A DNA stretch of 32,000 bases from Geotalea daltonii FRC-32 (GTDB lineage Bacteria; Desulfobacterota; Desulfuromonadia; Geobacterales; Geobacteraceae). The stretch covers positions 3,390,001-3,422,000 of the forward strand of contig NC_011979.1 in NCBI RefSeq assembly GCF_000022265.1. Direction: 5' to 3'. Below the pieces are notes generated by a model. That model did no database searches and had not been told where the DNA came from. It saw only the letters and a list, made by a program, of their open reading frames with translations. Position numbers and translations under genes: made by a program. Numbering within the stretch: position 1 is the first letter of the stretch; every line of letters starts with the position of its first letter. Below, one piece after another: positions 9,659 through 19,609 of this stretch.

Positions 9659-11455
9659 CTACCGTTTAAACATCCGCTCGATCTCGGCAAGGGTCAGTGT
9701 GTGTAACACCGGTCGCCCATGGGGACAGTTGCTGGAAAATTCTGTGGTATCCATCTGCTGAAAGAGTGCCTTTATTTCCTGTTGGCTAAGGCAATGACTT
9801 CCGCGCACAACACTGTGGCAAGCGATCCTGGCCAGGATGTCTTCCAGGATGTCCTGAAAGGAACGGCTTCGGCCCAGGCTCTGCAACTCTTCCAGGATGT
9901 CCCGCAGTGTCTTCACATAATCATTGCCGCTCAACAGGTGAGGCACGGCATTCAACAGCCAGGTGGAACCACCGAACTCCTCCAGGCTAAACCCTACCCG
10001 ATCCAGCTCGGTTTGGTGCTCCCGGATGACAGCACCTTCCTTGAATGAAAACTCCACCGTTTCGGGGAAAAGCAGCCGCTGTGACTCCACTCCCATTGCA
10101 GCATGCTGGGTCTTCAGGCGCTCAAAGGCAACCCGCTCATGGGCGGCGTGCTGATCGATGATAACCAGGCTGTTTCCATCCTGGCAAAGGATATAGGCAG
10201 CGTTAAACTGGCCGATCACCGAAAGGCCGGAAAAATACCCGCGCTCTACTTCCGGCGCAGGAGCCGCGTCAGCTACCGGCACGGGATCAGGCAGAGATGT
10301 TTCTCTGAAGCTTGCCGGCACTGCAGGTGTGGACATCTTGAATGATTGTTGTGTCGTTTTTTGCGGACGGTATTGGGTCAAGGACTCCCGCACCTGGGCA
10401 ATCCTTGCAGCCGCTATGGATGTGGAAGCCTGCGTCTTTTGCACCACTGGCTGTGTTTTTACCCATGGGGAAGAACGCAGCACTGACTCCACGGCCTCCT
10501 GAATGGCGTCATGCACCCTCCCCTGCTCCCGAAAGCGAACCTCGTGCTTGGTGGGATGAACGTTCACATCCACCTCTGCGGCGGGAACGCTTATGAAAAG
10601 CACCACCACCGGATAACGGCCCCGCTCCATGAAATTGCGATAAGCCTGAAGCACGGCATGCTGCACTACCTTGTCTCTTATGAAACGGCCGTTGATATAG
10701 GTATAAACATGGGAAGCGGCGGAACGACTGCATTCGGGTTTGCCCACCAGACCGGTGACATTGAGTTGTCCGTCGCAGAAGTCTAACGGATAAAGATCCT
10801 GGGAGAGTGTGCGTCCGAGGAGGGTTGCCACCCGTTCGCGCAGGTCCGCATTGAGAGCGCGAAAAACAGTCTTGCCGTCGTTGGTATAAATAAATCGGAT
10901 GTCGGGGCGGGATATGGCCAGCCTGGTCAGGAGGTCTCCCACATGCCCCGCCTCAGTTTCGCTGCTCTTCATGAACTTGAGGCGGGCCGGAGTATTGAAA
11001 AAGAGGTTGCGCACCGAGATTACCGTCCCTTCGGCCATGCCGCATGCCTTGACCTCCTTTATCCGCCCCCCCTCGGCATAGATTTCGGTTCCTTCCAGAG
11101 ACCCCTTTTCCCTGGTTGCCAGAGTGAAACGTGAAACGGAAGCCACCGAGGGGAGCGCTTCACCTCGGAAGCCGAGGGTGGCCAGGCTGAAGAGATCCTC
11201 ATCGTTGGCTATCTTGCTGGTGGCGTGCCTTTCCAGGGCAAGCAGGGCATCTTCCCGTGTCATGCCGCAGCCGGTGTCGGAGACCCTGATAAGTCTTTTC
11301 CCCCCGGCCTCGATCTCGACCATGACCTCGCTGCAGCCTGCATCCAATGCGTTCTCTACCAGTTCCTTCACCACAGAAGCCGGTCTTTCCACAACCTCAC
11401 CGGCCGCAATCTTATTGGTGAGTTGTTCGGGAAGTATCTTGATCCGCGTAGCCAC
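9659..11455 (-). CDS. mutL: DNA mismatch repair protein MutL
   Basis: N-terminal GHKL ATPase motifs (IAAGEVVERPASVVKELVENALDAG, DTGCGM). C-terminal dimerisation/endonuclease region. 598 aa. Confidence 0.95.
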   Translation of the reverse strand: MATRIKILPEQLTNKIAAGEVVERPASVVKELVENALDAGCSEVMVEIEAGGKRLIRVSDTGCGMTREDALLALERHATSKIANDEDLFSLATLGFRGEALPSVASVSRFTLATREKGSLEGTEIYAEGGRIKEVKACGMAEGTVISVRNLFFNTPARLKFMKSSETEAGHVGDLLTRLAISRPDIRFIYTNDGKTVFRALNADLRERVATLLGRTLSQDLYPLDFCDGQLNVTGLVGKPECSRSAASHVYTYINGRFIRDKVVQHAVLQAYRNFMERGRYPVVVLFISVPAAEVDVNVHPTKHEVRFREQGRVHDAIQEAVESVLRSSPWVKTQPVVQKTQASTSIAAARIAQVRESLTQYRPQKTTQQSFKMSTPAVPASFRETSLPDPVPVADAAPAPEVERGYFSGLSVIGQFNAAYILCQDGNSLVIIDQHAAHERVAFERLKTQHAAMGVESQRLLFPETVEFSFKEGAVIREHQTELDRVGFSLEEFGGSTWLLNAVPHLLSGNDYVKTLRDILEELQSLGRSRSFQDILEDILARIACHSVVRGSHCLSQQEIKALFQQMDTTEFSSNCPHGRPVLHTLTLAEIERMFKR

Positions 11456-11600
11456 TAAATCACCTCGTCAAATAGGGCCAAGATACCCCATCCACCGCCT
11501 TGTTGTAAAGAAAGTTACCAAGGTTCTCCTTTGCCGGAAGACCTTTTGATGCTACAATTTCCCCTGCAACCACGCCAAACCAACTGCCGGAGAATCAATA

Positions 11601-14255
11601 ATGACCGAAAGCCCCCATCGCACCATTTGTCGCAAGGACTACACCCCCCCCGATTATATCGTCGATAGAGTGGAGCTGCGTTTTGAACTGGACGAGGAGA
11701 CGACACGGGTCCATTCCCGACTCAGCATCATGCGGCACCCCCAGGCATTGACCTCTGGAACGCCCCCCCTTGTCCTGGACGGGCACCGATTCACGCTGTT
11801 GGAAATCAAGCTTGACGACAAGGTGCTTGTCCCCGGCCGCTACAAAGTGGACCAGGAATACCTGACTATTGACCAGGTACCGGATAAATTCGTCCTTGAA
11901 ATCACCACTGAACTGCGTCCCCAGCACAACACTTTTCTGGAAGGGCTCTATCGTTCCGGCGGCATGTTCTGCACCCAGTGCGAAGCTGAAGGTTTCCGCT
12001 CCATCACCTATTTCCCCGACCGGCCCGATGTGCTGGCAGTTTATACCACCACCATCGTGGCCGATCGGCAACGTTACCCCGTGTTGCTTTCCAACGGGAA
12101 TCCGGTTAAAAAAGGAAATTTCGACAAAGGCCGCCACTTCGTCACCTGGCATGATCCGTTTCCCAAGCCCAGCTACCTCTTCGCCCTGGTGGCCGGAGAC
12201 CTGGTCTGCCTGGAAGATACCTTCACCACCCGCTCCGGACGTCAAATTGCCCTCCGCATTTATGTGAATGAACAGAACCGGACCAAATGCGATCACGCCC
12301 TACGGTCGCTGCAGAAAGCCATGTTCTGGGATGAGGAAAATTTCGGCCGCGAATACGACCTGGATATCTACATGATTGTCGCCGTTGATGACTTCAATAT
12401 GGGAGCCATGGAAAACAAGGGTCTGAATGTCTTCAATTCCCGCTACGTGCTGGCCAGCCCGGAAACGGCCACGGACGACGATTTTCAGGCCATCGAAGAG
12501 GTCATCGGCCACGAATATTTCCACAACTGGACCGGCAACCGGATCACCTGCCGCGACTGGTTCCAGCTCTCCCTCAAGGAGGGGCTGACCATCTTCCGCG
12601 ACCAGGAATTTTCAGCGGACATGGAATCGCGGGGGGTCAAGCGCATCGCCGACGTCCGTTACCTGCGCACCGCCCAGTTCGCCGAAGATGCCGGGCCCAT
12701 GTCCCATCCGGTAAGACCGGAATGCTACATGGAAATCAACAATTTTTATACCGTCACCGTCTATAACAAGGGCGCCGAGGTGATCCGCATGCTGCGTACC
12801 CTGCTTGGTCCTGAGCGCTTCCACCAGGGCATGGATCTTTATTTCAAGCGCCATGATGGCCAGGCGGCAACCGTTGAGGACTTTGTCCGGGCCATGGCAG
12901 ATGCGGGAGGGATTGACCTGGGCCAGTTCAAGCGGTGGTACAGCCAGGCGGGTACCCCGGAACTGCAGATAAAGGGGGAATTCCATGCCACGACAGGAAC
13001 ATATCTCCTCAACATCAGGCAAAGCTATCCCAAAACAGGTGAAGAGACACCGAAGGAACCGCTTCACATCCCTTTGACCATGGGTCTGCTCGACAGGGAC
13101 GGCCATGAATTGCCCCTGACCATGGAAGGGGAGGACTCTGCCGGACCGACGACACGGGTTCTGGAGTTGCGCCAATCGGAAGAAAAATTCCTCTTCACCG
13201 GTCTGAAAACGGCCCCGGTGCCGGCACTTTTACGCGGGTTCTCCGCGCCGGTCCGGCTGGATTATGCATACAGCCATGAGGAGCTGGTCCTTTTGATGGC
13301 CCATGAGACCGATCCCTTCTGCAGATGGGAGGCAGGACAGCAGCTGGCTATCCAGGTCATGCTCGGCCTGGTGGCCGACTGGCAGGCCGGGCGTCAACTG
13401 GAGCTGGACAAAGGCATCATTTCAGCCTTCAAAGAAACTCTTTCCAGCAACGAAAAAGACCGTGCCTTTCTCGCCGAGGCCCTAACCCTGCCTAGCGAGG
13501 CATATCTGGCCGATTCCATGGCCGTGGCCGATCCCGATGCGGTCCATGCCGTCCGCCAATTTGTAAGAAAAAGGCTGGCTATCGAGCTTAAGGCGGAATT
13601 TCACCAGGTCCACTCGGCCTGCCGCCCGACCCGCCCCTACAAGGTAGGTGACGGTCTGGCCGGAGAGCGGCGTCTGGCCAATCTCTGTCTCGCCTATCTC
13701 ATGACCCTTGACGGCGATGAAGAAGTCGGCCTGTGCATCGACCAATACCATAAGGCTGACAATATGACCGATACCATGGGAGCGCTGGGTCCGCTCGCTT
13801 CTTCCAATTCTCCCAGTCGGCGCATCATACTTGAAGAGTTCTATCAGCGCTGGCAGGGAGACCGACAGGTAGTTGACAAGTGGTTCTCCCTGCAGGCCGC
13901 ATCAAGCAGGCCCGATACGCTGGCGGAGGTGGAGAAGCTGCTTGGCCATCCTGCCTTCGAACCAGCCAACCCCAACCGCTTCCGTTCCCTGGTCGGCGCC
14001 TTCTCCCAGGCCAACCCGGTGCGCTTCCACGATAAAAGCGGCGCCGGCTACAGATTTCTCACCGATCAGCTGATTCGCCTGATACCTATCAATCCGCAGG
14101 TCTCTGCCCGCCTCATGTCGCCACTGACCCGCTGGCACCGTTATGACCAGAAACGGCAGGAGATGATGCGTGGAGAACTGGAACGGATCAGGGTGCTCCC
14201 CAATCTGCCGCGGGATGTTTACGAAGTGGTGGCAAAGAGTCTGGCAACAAACTGA
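11601..14255 (+). CDS. pepN: aminopeptidase N (M1 family)
   Basis: 884 aa with GAMEN and HEYFHNWTGNR...E zinc motifs. Confidence 0.95.
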   Translation: MTESPHRTICRKDYTPPDYIVDRVELRFELDEETTRVHSRLSIMRHPQALTSGTPPLVLDGHRFTLLEIKLDDKVLVPGRYKVDQEYLTIDQVPDKFVLEITTELRPQHNTFLEGLYRSGGMFCTQCEAEGFRSITYFPDRPDVLAVYTTTIVADRQRYPVLLSNGNPVKKGNFDKGRHFVTWHDPFPKPSYLFALVAGDLVCLEDTFTTRSGRQIALRIYVNEQNRTKCDHALRSLQKAMFWDEENFGREYDLDIYMIVAVDDFNMGAMENKGLNVFNSRYVLASPETATDDDFQAIEEVIGHEYFHNWTGNRITCRDWFQLSLKEGLTIFRDQEFSADMESRGVKRIADVRYLRTAQFAEDAGPMSHPVRPECYMEINNFYTVTVYNKGAEVIRMLRTLLGPERFHQGMDLYFKRHDGQAATVEDFVRAMADAGGIDLGQFKRWYSQAGTPELQIKGEFHATTGTYLLNIRQSYPKTGEETPKEPLHIPLTMGLLDRDGHELPLTMEGEDSAGPTTRVLELRQSEEKFLFTGLKTAPVPALLRGFSAPVRLDYAYSHEELVLLMAHETDPFCRWEAGQQLAIQVMLGLVADWQAGRQLELDKGIISAFKETLSSNEKDRAFLAEALTLPSEAYLADSMAVADPDAVHAVRQFVRKRLAIELKAEFHQVHSACRPTRPYKVGDGLAGERRLANLCLAYLMTLDGDEEVGLCIDQYHKADNMTDTMGALGPLASSNSPSRRIILEEFYQRWQGDRQVVDKWFSLQAASSRPDTLAEVEKLLGHPAFEPANPNRFRSLVGAFSQANPVRFHDKSGAGYRFLTDQLIRLIPINPQVSARLMSPLTRWHRYDQKRQEMMRGELERIRVLPNLPRDVYEVVAKSLATN

Positions 14256-14290
14256 CAACCCAAAAGAGCTGGTGAGGGCACAGGAGTGAA

Positions 14291-14767
14291 CTACTCTTCT
14301 ACGCCTCCCATACGCAGAATCTGCCGCCATTCCTCCTCTCGCACCGGCTGAATGGACAGCCGGCTGCGGGAAAGAAGGACCATGCCCGACAGGGCTGGGT
14401 TGTTCTTCAGTTCGGCAAGCTTAACAGGCCGGGGGAAAGGGTTGACAAAACGCACATCCACCATGTACCAGATCGGCTTCTCTGCCGTACTTGCCGGATC
14501 GAAATGCTTATTCTCCGGGTCACGCGCCGTCCAGTCCGGATATCCGGCCCTAACCACCTCGGCAATGCCGACGATGGCCGGCACGGCTATGTTGCTGTGA
14601 TAAAAAAGCACCTGATCCCCAACCTGCACCTCATCCCGTAAATAGTTCCTCGCCTGATAGTTCCTCACCCCATCCCAGTGTTCTGTGCTGTTCGGGCAGG
14701 TTCGAAGATCATCAAATGAAAAATTTGTCGGTTCAGACTTGAAAAGCCAATAACTGCGTTGGGACAT
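14291..14767 (-). CDS. EVE (PUA-like, DUF55) domain protein
   Basis: YWLFKSEP..FSFDDL......WDGVRNYQARNYLRDEVQVGDQVLFYHSN pattern typical of EVE domains. 158 aa. Confidence 0.85.
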   Translation of the reverse strand: MSQRSYWLFKSEPTNFSFDDLRTCPNSTEHWDGVRNYQARNYLRDEVQVGDQVLFYHSNIAVPAIVGIAEVVRAGYPDWTARDPENKHFDPASTAEKPIWYMVDVRFVNPFPRPVKLAELKNNPALSGMVLLSRSRLSIQPVREEEWRQILRMGGVEE

Positions 14768-14868
14768 GCAAGTACCCCCCGTTGATTTTAATCCATTCTA
14801 ACTGTAGCAGTCAGCGCTGGCAAGATGCTCCATCGCCATCACAATGTGAATACTGACTAAATGGTTTA

Positions 14869-14896
14869 TTGACTTAAAGCAAAGTTTAATTATTAT
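14869..14896 (+). promoter_or_regulatory. candidate sigma70 promoter for the octahaem cytochrome gene
   Basis: TTGACT (14869-14874), 16-nt spacer, TATTAT (14891-14896), about 50 nt upstream of the start codon. Confidence 0.4.
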
Positions 14897-14947
14897 TAGA
14901 CATTACTTTTCGCAACAAACTTGCAATTTAAAGAAAGGGAGGGTTTC

Positions 14948-16546
14948 ATGATCAACAGGAGATTGGCGTCTGTAGCCGCTGCGACTGGAATGGCAATGCT
15001 TTTGTCGTTACCGATTTATTCAACGGCGGCAAAGGGAAAACCTGCAGCAAAGGACGATGGCAGGGAAACCTGTTATGGCTGTCACGATCAAGTAAAAGCC
15101 CTGAAAGAGGGTTCAAAGCATGCAAAACTCGCCTGCAGCACCTGCCATGATAAACTTAAAGAGCATCTGGACAACTCTGAAACCCGGCCGGTAACCCTTA
15201 TTGACTCCGCACTCTGCGGAAAATGCCACAAGGATGAATATGCCACATCCATGATGGTTGATTACGAAGCCCCCGCCCGCAAGGAAAAGGGTATCCCCGG
15301 CGGACGCTCTCCGGTTATGGACAAACTGCTCGCCCCCTATGGCTTTACCATCGAACATAACGAACCCCGTGGCCACGCCTTCATGGTCACCGACCAGTTC
15401 GTCGTCGATCGATTCGCCGGTGGCCGGTTCCAGTATAAGCAGCGCTGGGCCGGTGTTGATCAGGTCGGCAAAACCTGGGATATCCTGGAAGATAAGGGGC
15501 CCGACTTCAAGATGGGCGAAACTGGCAAGGCAGGCAATCCCACCTGCATCCAGTGCAAGACGTCAGATCACATCCTTAAATGGAAGTTCCTTGGAGACAA
15601 GGACCCGAAAGCCAAATGGGATCGCACTTCCGACATCATCGCAGTGGCCAAGGATACCCACAACCCGGTCGGTTGCATCCATTGTCATGATCCCCACGGC
15701 GCACAACCGCGCATTGTTCGGGATGCGCTGATCAACGAGATCGACAAGGGTGCTACCATGTTCGCCAGAAACGGCGCTACCGACCTGAAAGTGATCTCTT
15801 TCCGGGACGGCTTTCGCAAGATCGGTGTCATGAAAAAATCGGACTCCCGTATGATGTGCGCCCAGTGTCATGTGGAATATGCCTGCGGCAAGGGTTTCGA
15901 GTTCGGCAGCGGCAAGCCGGTCGGCTATGACGACCAGCGCACTAACCACATGCCCCTGAAGCAGGTGAAGGAGCTGCTTGATCATTACCGTAAGCTCAAT
16001 TACTATGATTTCAAGCATGCGGTAACCGGTGCCCGCCTGGTCAAACTCCAGCATCCGGAAGCAGAATCCTATGCCGGCAGCGTCCATGAAAAAGCCGGTG
16101 TCACCTGTGCCGACTGCCATATGCCGGTGATGAAAAACAAGCAGGGCAAGAGCTACAAGTCCCACATGATGATCCGTCCCCGCAGCCATGTGAAGGAATC
16201 CTGCCAGGGTTGCCATCCGAAATGGAACGCCGAGCAGCAACTGTACCAGATCGACGCCATAAGAAACTATATCAGCGGCAAGATGCGCAAATCAGAATAC
16301 TGGCTTGGTGAGCTGATCGACACCTATGCCGCTGCAAAGCGTTTCGGGGTCGATGAGGCAACGCTGGCCAAAGCACGGGAAAAACATGAAGAAGCCCATG
16401 TGCTATGGGAATGGTGGACGGCAGAAAACAGCGACGGATTCCACAATCCCGATCTGGCCCGTGACAGCCTGGCGGCCTCGATTACCGCCTCCAAGGAAGG
16501 GGTTGCGCTGTTGAACAAGGCTCTGGACGAACGGGGCAAGAAGTAA
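14948..16546 (+). CDS. octahaem cytochrome c, nitrite-reductase-like (ONR/TvNiR-type with a CXXCK active-site haem)
   Basis: Sec signal peptide. Eight haem motifs in order: CYGCH, CSTCH, CGKCH, CIQCK, CIHCH, CAQCH, CADCH, CQGCH. Start set to the ATG behind GGGAGGG; the track start at 14921 is TTG. Confidence 0.85.
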   Translation: MINRRLASVAAATGMAMLLSLPIYSTAAKGKPAAKDDGRETCYGCHDQVKALKEGSKHAKLACSTCHDKLKEHLDNSETRPVTLIDSALCGKCHKDEYATSMMVDYEAPARKEKGIPGGRSPVMDKLLAPYGFTIEHNEPRGHAFMVTDQFVVDRFAGGRFQYKQRWAGVDQVGKTWDILEDKGPDFKMGETGKAGNPTCIQCKTSDHILKWKFLGDKDPKAKWDRTSDIIAVAKDTHNPVGCIHCHDPHGAQPRIVRDALINEIDKGATMFARNGATDLKVISFRDGFRKIGVMKKSDSRMMCAQCHVEYACGKGFEFGSGKPVGYDDQRTNHMPLKQVKELLDHYRKLNYYDFKHAVTGARLVKLQHPEAESYAGSVHEKAGVTCADCHMPVMKNKQGKSYKSHMMIRPRSHVKESCQGCHPKWNAEQQLYQIDAIRNYISGKMRKSEYWLGELIDTYAAAKRFGVDEATLAKAREKHEEAHVLWEWWTAENSDGFHNPDLARDSLAASITASKEGVALLNKALDERGKK

Positions 16547-16554
16547 GAGCTGAC

Positions 16555-16590
16555 AAAAGGGGCGGCTGCCGTACTGGCGCCGCCCCTTTT
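16555..16590. terminator. bidirectional rho-independent terminator between convergent genes
   Basis: AAAAGGGGCGGC-tgccgtactg-GCCGCCCCTTTT. Confidence 0.7.
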
Positions 16591-16604
16591 GTCAAAAAAG
16601 ACAG

Positions 16605-16790
16605 TTAGCTGAGGTTATCCTCGTCCCCCGACACATGGGGAAAAATCTCGTGGTGCATCTCATGATGACTTTCGAGGACTTTCCCGCAGCTGGCACAAAG
16701 ATATTTCTCCCCCTTGGTGGTATATTCACTGCGTTCACAATCGGCACACCAGATTCTTACCTCGCATTGGTTCTGAATGTTCTCACTCAT
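16605..16790 (-). CDS. small zinc-ribbon protein (CxxC...CxxC) with a His-rich tail
   Basis: 61 aa starting at the ATG behind AAAGGAG. CADC and CASC pairs. HHEMHHEIFPH. Overlaps the stop of the upstream PAS gene by 8 nt. Confidence 0.55.
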   Translation of the reverse strand: MSENIQNQCEVRIWCADCERSEYTTKGEKYLCASCGKVLESHHEMHHEIFPHVSGDEDNLS

Positions 16791-17982
16791 GAAGGCTCCT
16801 TTCCGGTCTCCTGTGCACAAAATGACTGAAAAATCCTTTTTTACCCCCATGCACATCAGCGGACCTTGCATTTAGGTCACGGGCTATTGCCGCGGCGCCT
16901 ATGATAGCCCCTGAACTATTGATAACCGGTGACAATCGAAGTGAAATACTCAGACGGGATTGGTCTTTCTTCACCCGCACCGTATTGAATGGAGGAACCC
17001 GCTCTCCCTTGCGGATCTTTTCCATAATCCGGGGAATCTCATCCGCCCGCTCGGCCGGAGCCAGTATTGATATGGGCCTGCCGATGATTTCACCGGCAGT
17101 GTAACCATACATGGCTTCCGCACCGTAATTCCAACTTGTGATGATCCCCTCCAGAGTCTTGCCGATGATGGCATCATCCGAGGAATCGACAATCGCAGCC
17201 AGAAAAGCATGCTCTTCTTCCATTTTCTTTCTTTCGGATATGTCCTCAGCTATGGCTACATAATTGATCACATTACCTTCATGGTCCTTTACCGGTGACA
17301 CGTACACCGATTCCCAATAGATTGCCCCGCTCTTTTTCGTCGCCATCCGCTGACCACGCCACTCTTCACCTCTGGATATGGTTTTCCACACCTGGCTGTA
17401 CAGATCGAGGGGCATCTTGCCGGAATCGAGGAAATCCGGTCTTTGGTCTTTAACCTCAGACTGGGTCCAACCCGTTACCTCGGAAAACTTGGGGTTGGTA
17501 TACTGCACCCTACCCTCCGCATCGGTGATTATGGTCATGACGGGACTGAAGCTGACCGCCCGGAAAAGCAGTCTCAGTTCCTGCTCGGCCAATCTTTGTG
17601 CCGAGACATCGTGCAGAGTGATCAGCCATGCAGGTTTTTCCTCCCACTGGGTCCGGGAAACAGCCATCTCTACATTCAGTAAATTCCCATCGGGCAGCTT
17701 TATGGTCAGCTCTTTCGACTCATCCGGCGTAATGGGGAAACGGAAGGGCAAACCTATGAGTTCGTTAGCCTGACGTCGGAAAATCATAAGAGCAGCATCA
17801 TTCACATGGCGGATAACCCCCTCGTCATCGGCAATAACGATACCCTCCACACACTTGGCGATAATATTCACCAGCCTGTTCCGGCAGTATTCCAGCTCCT
17901 CAGCTCTCTGTTCAAGCAGCTTTTTAGTTTCGTCTTGCGCCATAGATGTTGTCCCTGAGCGAACTCCTTCTTTAAACATCAA
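16783..17982 (-). CDS. PAS-domain S-box protein (three PAS/PAC modules, no output domain)
   Basis: 399 aa with three repeated PAS/PAC-like segments (...ITDAEGRVQYTNPKFSEVTGW..., ...IIGKTLEGIITSWNYGAEAMYGYTAGEIIG...). Confidence 0.85.
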   Translation of the reverse strand: MMFKEGVRSGTTSMAQDETKKLLEQRAEELEYCRNRLVNIIAKCVEGIVIADDEGVIRHVNDAALMIFRRQANELIGLPFRFPITPDESKELTIKLPDGNLLNVEMAVSRTQWEEKPAWLITLHDVSAQRLAEQELRLLFRAVSFSPVMTIITDAEGRVQYTNPKFSEVTGWTQSEVKDQRPDFLDSGKMPLDLYSQVWKTISRGEEWRGQRMATKKSGAIYWESVYVSPVKDHEGNVINYVAIAEDISERKKMEEEHAFLAAIVDSSDDAIIGKTLEGIITSWNYGAEAMYGYTAGEIIGRPISILAPAERADEIPRIMEKIRKGERVPPFNTVRVKKDQSRLSISLRLSPVINSSGAIIGAAAIARDLNARSADVHGGKKGFFSHFVHRRPERSLHE

Positions 17983-18185
17983 GTCTCAAAGTGGATGGCG
18001 AGTGTTGGTGAGAATATCCTGTATCCGCCCTTTCCATAGATCCTCTTTTGCAGGCACCAAGTTGGAATACGTTAATTTTAACCCCGATCCCGATTAAGGC
18101 AAACACACGGTGCCTTTTGTAGCACCTCCCTTTTAATACCTCTTTTTTAAGTTAAAATGAATTCATTATTAATGGGAGGTCCATA

Positions 18186-19571
18186 ATGGCCGACGTGAAC
18201 GGGAAAGGGATGCCAACGGGCAGATCAGGCACAGCTGCAGATGGCCGCGTCATGGTGGAAGAGATACTCGCGCGGTATGCGGATCGCATGTGCACAAAAA
18301 TGGGCATAAGCCGGCGAAGTTTTCTATCCACGGCATCAGGCATGGCAGCGGCTTTCCTAGCCCTCAATGCCGTTCATGGCTCACTGTTCATGGTTGACCC
18401 GGCAGAGGCCGCCGATCCAGGGGCTGCCGCCGAAGCCGGTCGGCGGTTCAGGAATCAGTTAATCTTCGATGTCCAGACCCATTACGTCGGTGACAAATAC
18501 TCCGAAAAGAGAATTCTTTCTTTACGAAACGAAGCGAAAAAGTGGAACCCGCAGCTTCGAGGAGAAAACGCCACCTTGGACAGCATCCGTTTCGGACCTT
18601 ACATTAAAGAGGTCTTTCTGGAGAGCGATACGACCATGGCCCTTCTCTCCAGCGCGCCAGCTGATGATCCGGGACGATGGTTCCTCCACAACCAGGAAGT
18701 GATCAAGGCCAGGGACAAGATCAATTCCTTTGCCGGTTCGCGGAGGATGTTCGCACATGCCATATTCACTCCCGGACGACGCGGCTGGCTTGACGGGCTT
18801 GACACAGCAGCGGAGAGGAAGCCGGACTCATGGAAAGGCTACACCGTCGGCACCCCATTCGGCCTGTCCAAATGGCCCTGGAGGATGGATGACGAGAAGG
18901 TTGTCTACCCCGGTTACCAACGGATGGTTAAATCGGGCATCGCTACAATATGTATCCACAAGGGACTGCTGCCTGCCGGACACCAAATCCTGATGCGGCC
19001 CAACTGGCGTTATGGCGCCACTGACGATATTCCGAAGGCGGCAAGAGATTGGCCACAACTAACCTTCGTCATCTACCATTCGGCCTATCGCTCCGGGTCC
19101 CCTCCGACCAGGAAAGACATCGATACGTTCGAGCGGAGCGGCTATATTCCGTGGGTCAGCGATCTGGCCAGAATGCCCAGGAAACACGGGATTGGCAACC
19201 TGTACGCTGAGCTGGGTTCTGTGTTTGCGCTGACGGCAGTCAGCAACCCCCGCTACTGTGCAGGAATCTTGGGCACGCTTATTAAAGGATTCGGCCATGA
19301 GCGTATTCTGTGGGGTACGGATTCCATTTGGTATGGTTCTCCCCAATGGCAAATAGAGGCCTTCCGGCGGATGGAGATTCCTGAAGACCTGCAAAGGAAA
19401 TTCGGTTTTGAGCCACTGGGGCCCGCCGACGGTGTGGTAAAGCGGGCAATTCTTGGCGGCAACGCCGCTCGCCTTTATGGGATAAAAACCCCAACGGCAA
19501 GTACTGCCATGGATCGGATCAGCGATCTCAAGTCAAAGCAGGAAGAGACTTGGACGAAGGCACTGGCTTAG
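18186..19571 (+). CDS. Tat-exported amidohydrolase-family (TIM-barrel metal hydrolase) protein
   Basis: GGGAGG RBS. Twin-arginine motif SRRSFLSTASGMAAAFLAL about 40 aa from the start. Amidohydrolase_2-like C-terminal region (ILWGTDS). The function is tentative. Confidence 0.65.
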   Translation: MADVNGKGMPTGRSGTAADGRVMVEEILARYADRMCTKMGISRRSFLSTASGMAAAFLALNAVHGSLFMVDPAEAADPGAAAEAGRRFRNQLIFDVQTHYVGDKYSEKRILSLRNEAKKWNPQLRGENATLDSIRFGPYIKEVFLESDTTMALLSSAPADDPGRWFLHNQEVIKARDKINSFAGSRRMFAHAIFTPGRRGWLDGLDTAAERKPDSWKGYTVGTPFGLSKWPWRMDDEKVVYPGYQRMVKSGIATICIHKGLLPAGHQILMRPNWRYGATDDIPKAARDWPQLTFVIYHSAYRSGSPPTRKDIDTFERSGYIPWVSDLARMPRKHGIGNLYAELGSVFALTAVSNPRYCAGILGTLIKGFGHERILWGTDSIWYGSPQWQIEAFRRMEIPEDLQRKFGFEPLGPADGVVKRAILGGNAARLYGIKTPTASTAMDRISDLKSKQEETWTKALA

Positions 19572-19609
19572 TAAGAACAATAACATCAAAGGAGGGAGAT
19601 GAATAAGTA

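Noticed and set aside
11595-13175. Minus-strand ORFs 11595..12296 and 12612..13175 inside pepN
   Set aside because: Antisense to an unambiguous M1 aminopeptidase gene.
14782-14795. FNR/CRP-like half-palindrome TTGATTTTAATCCA upstream of the cytochrome gene
   Set aside because: It matches the TTGAT-N4-ATCAA consensus at only 8 of 10 positions. It is centred ~115 nt upstream of the putative TSS, which is not a typical activating position.
15563-16240. 225-aa minus-strand ORF inside the cytochrome gene
   Set aside because: Antisense shadow ORF. The plus strand carries eight haem motifs.
18052-18066. Sigma54-like element GGCAC-N5-TTGGA upstream of the amidohydrolase gene
   Set aside because: The -12 element is TTGG rather than TTGC, and no enhancer-binding protein gene is nearby. 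It is too weak to call.
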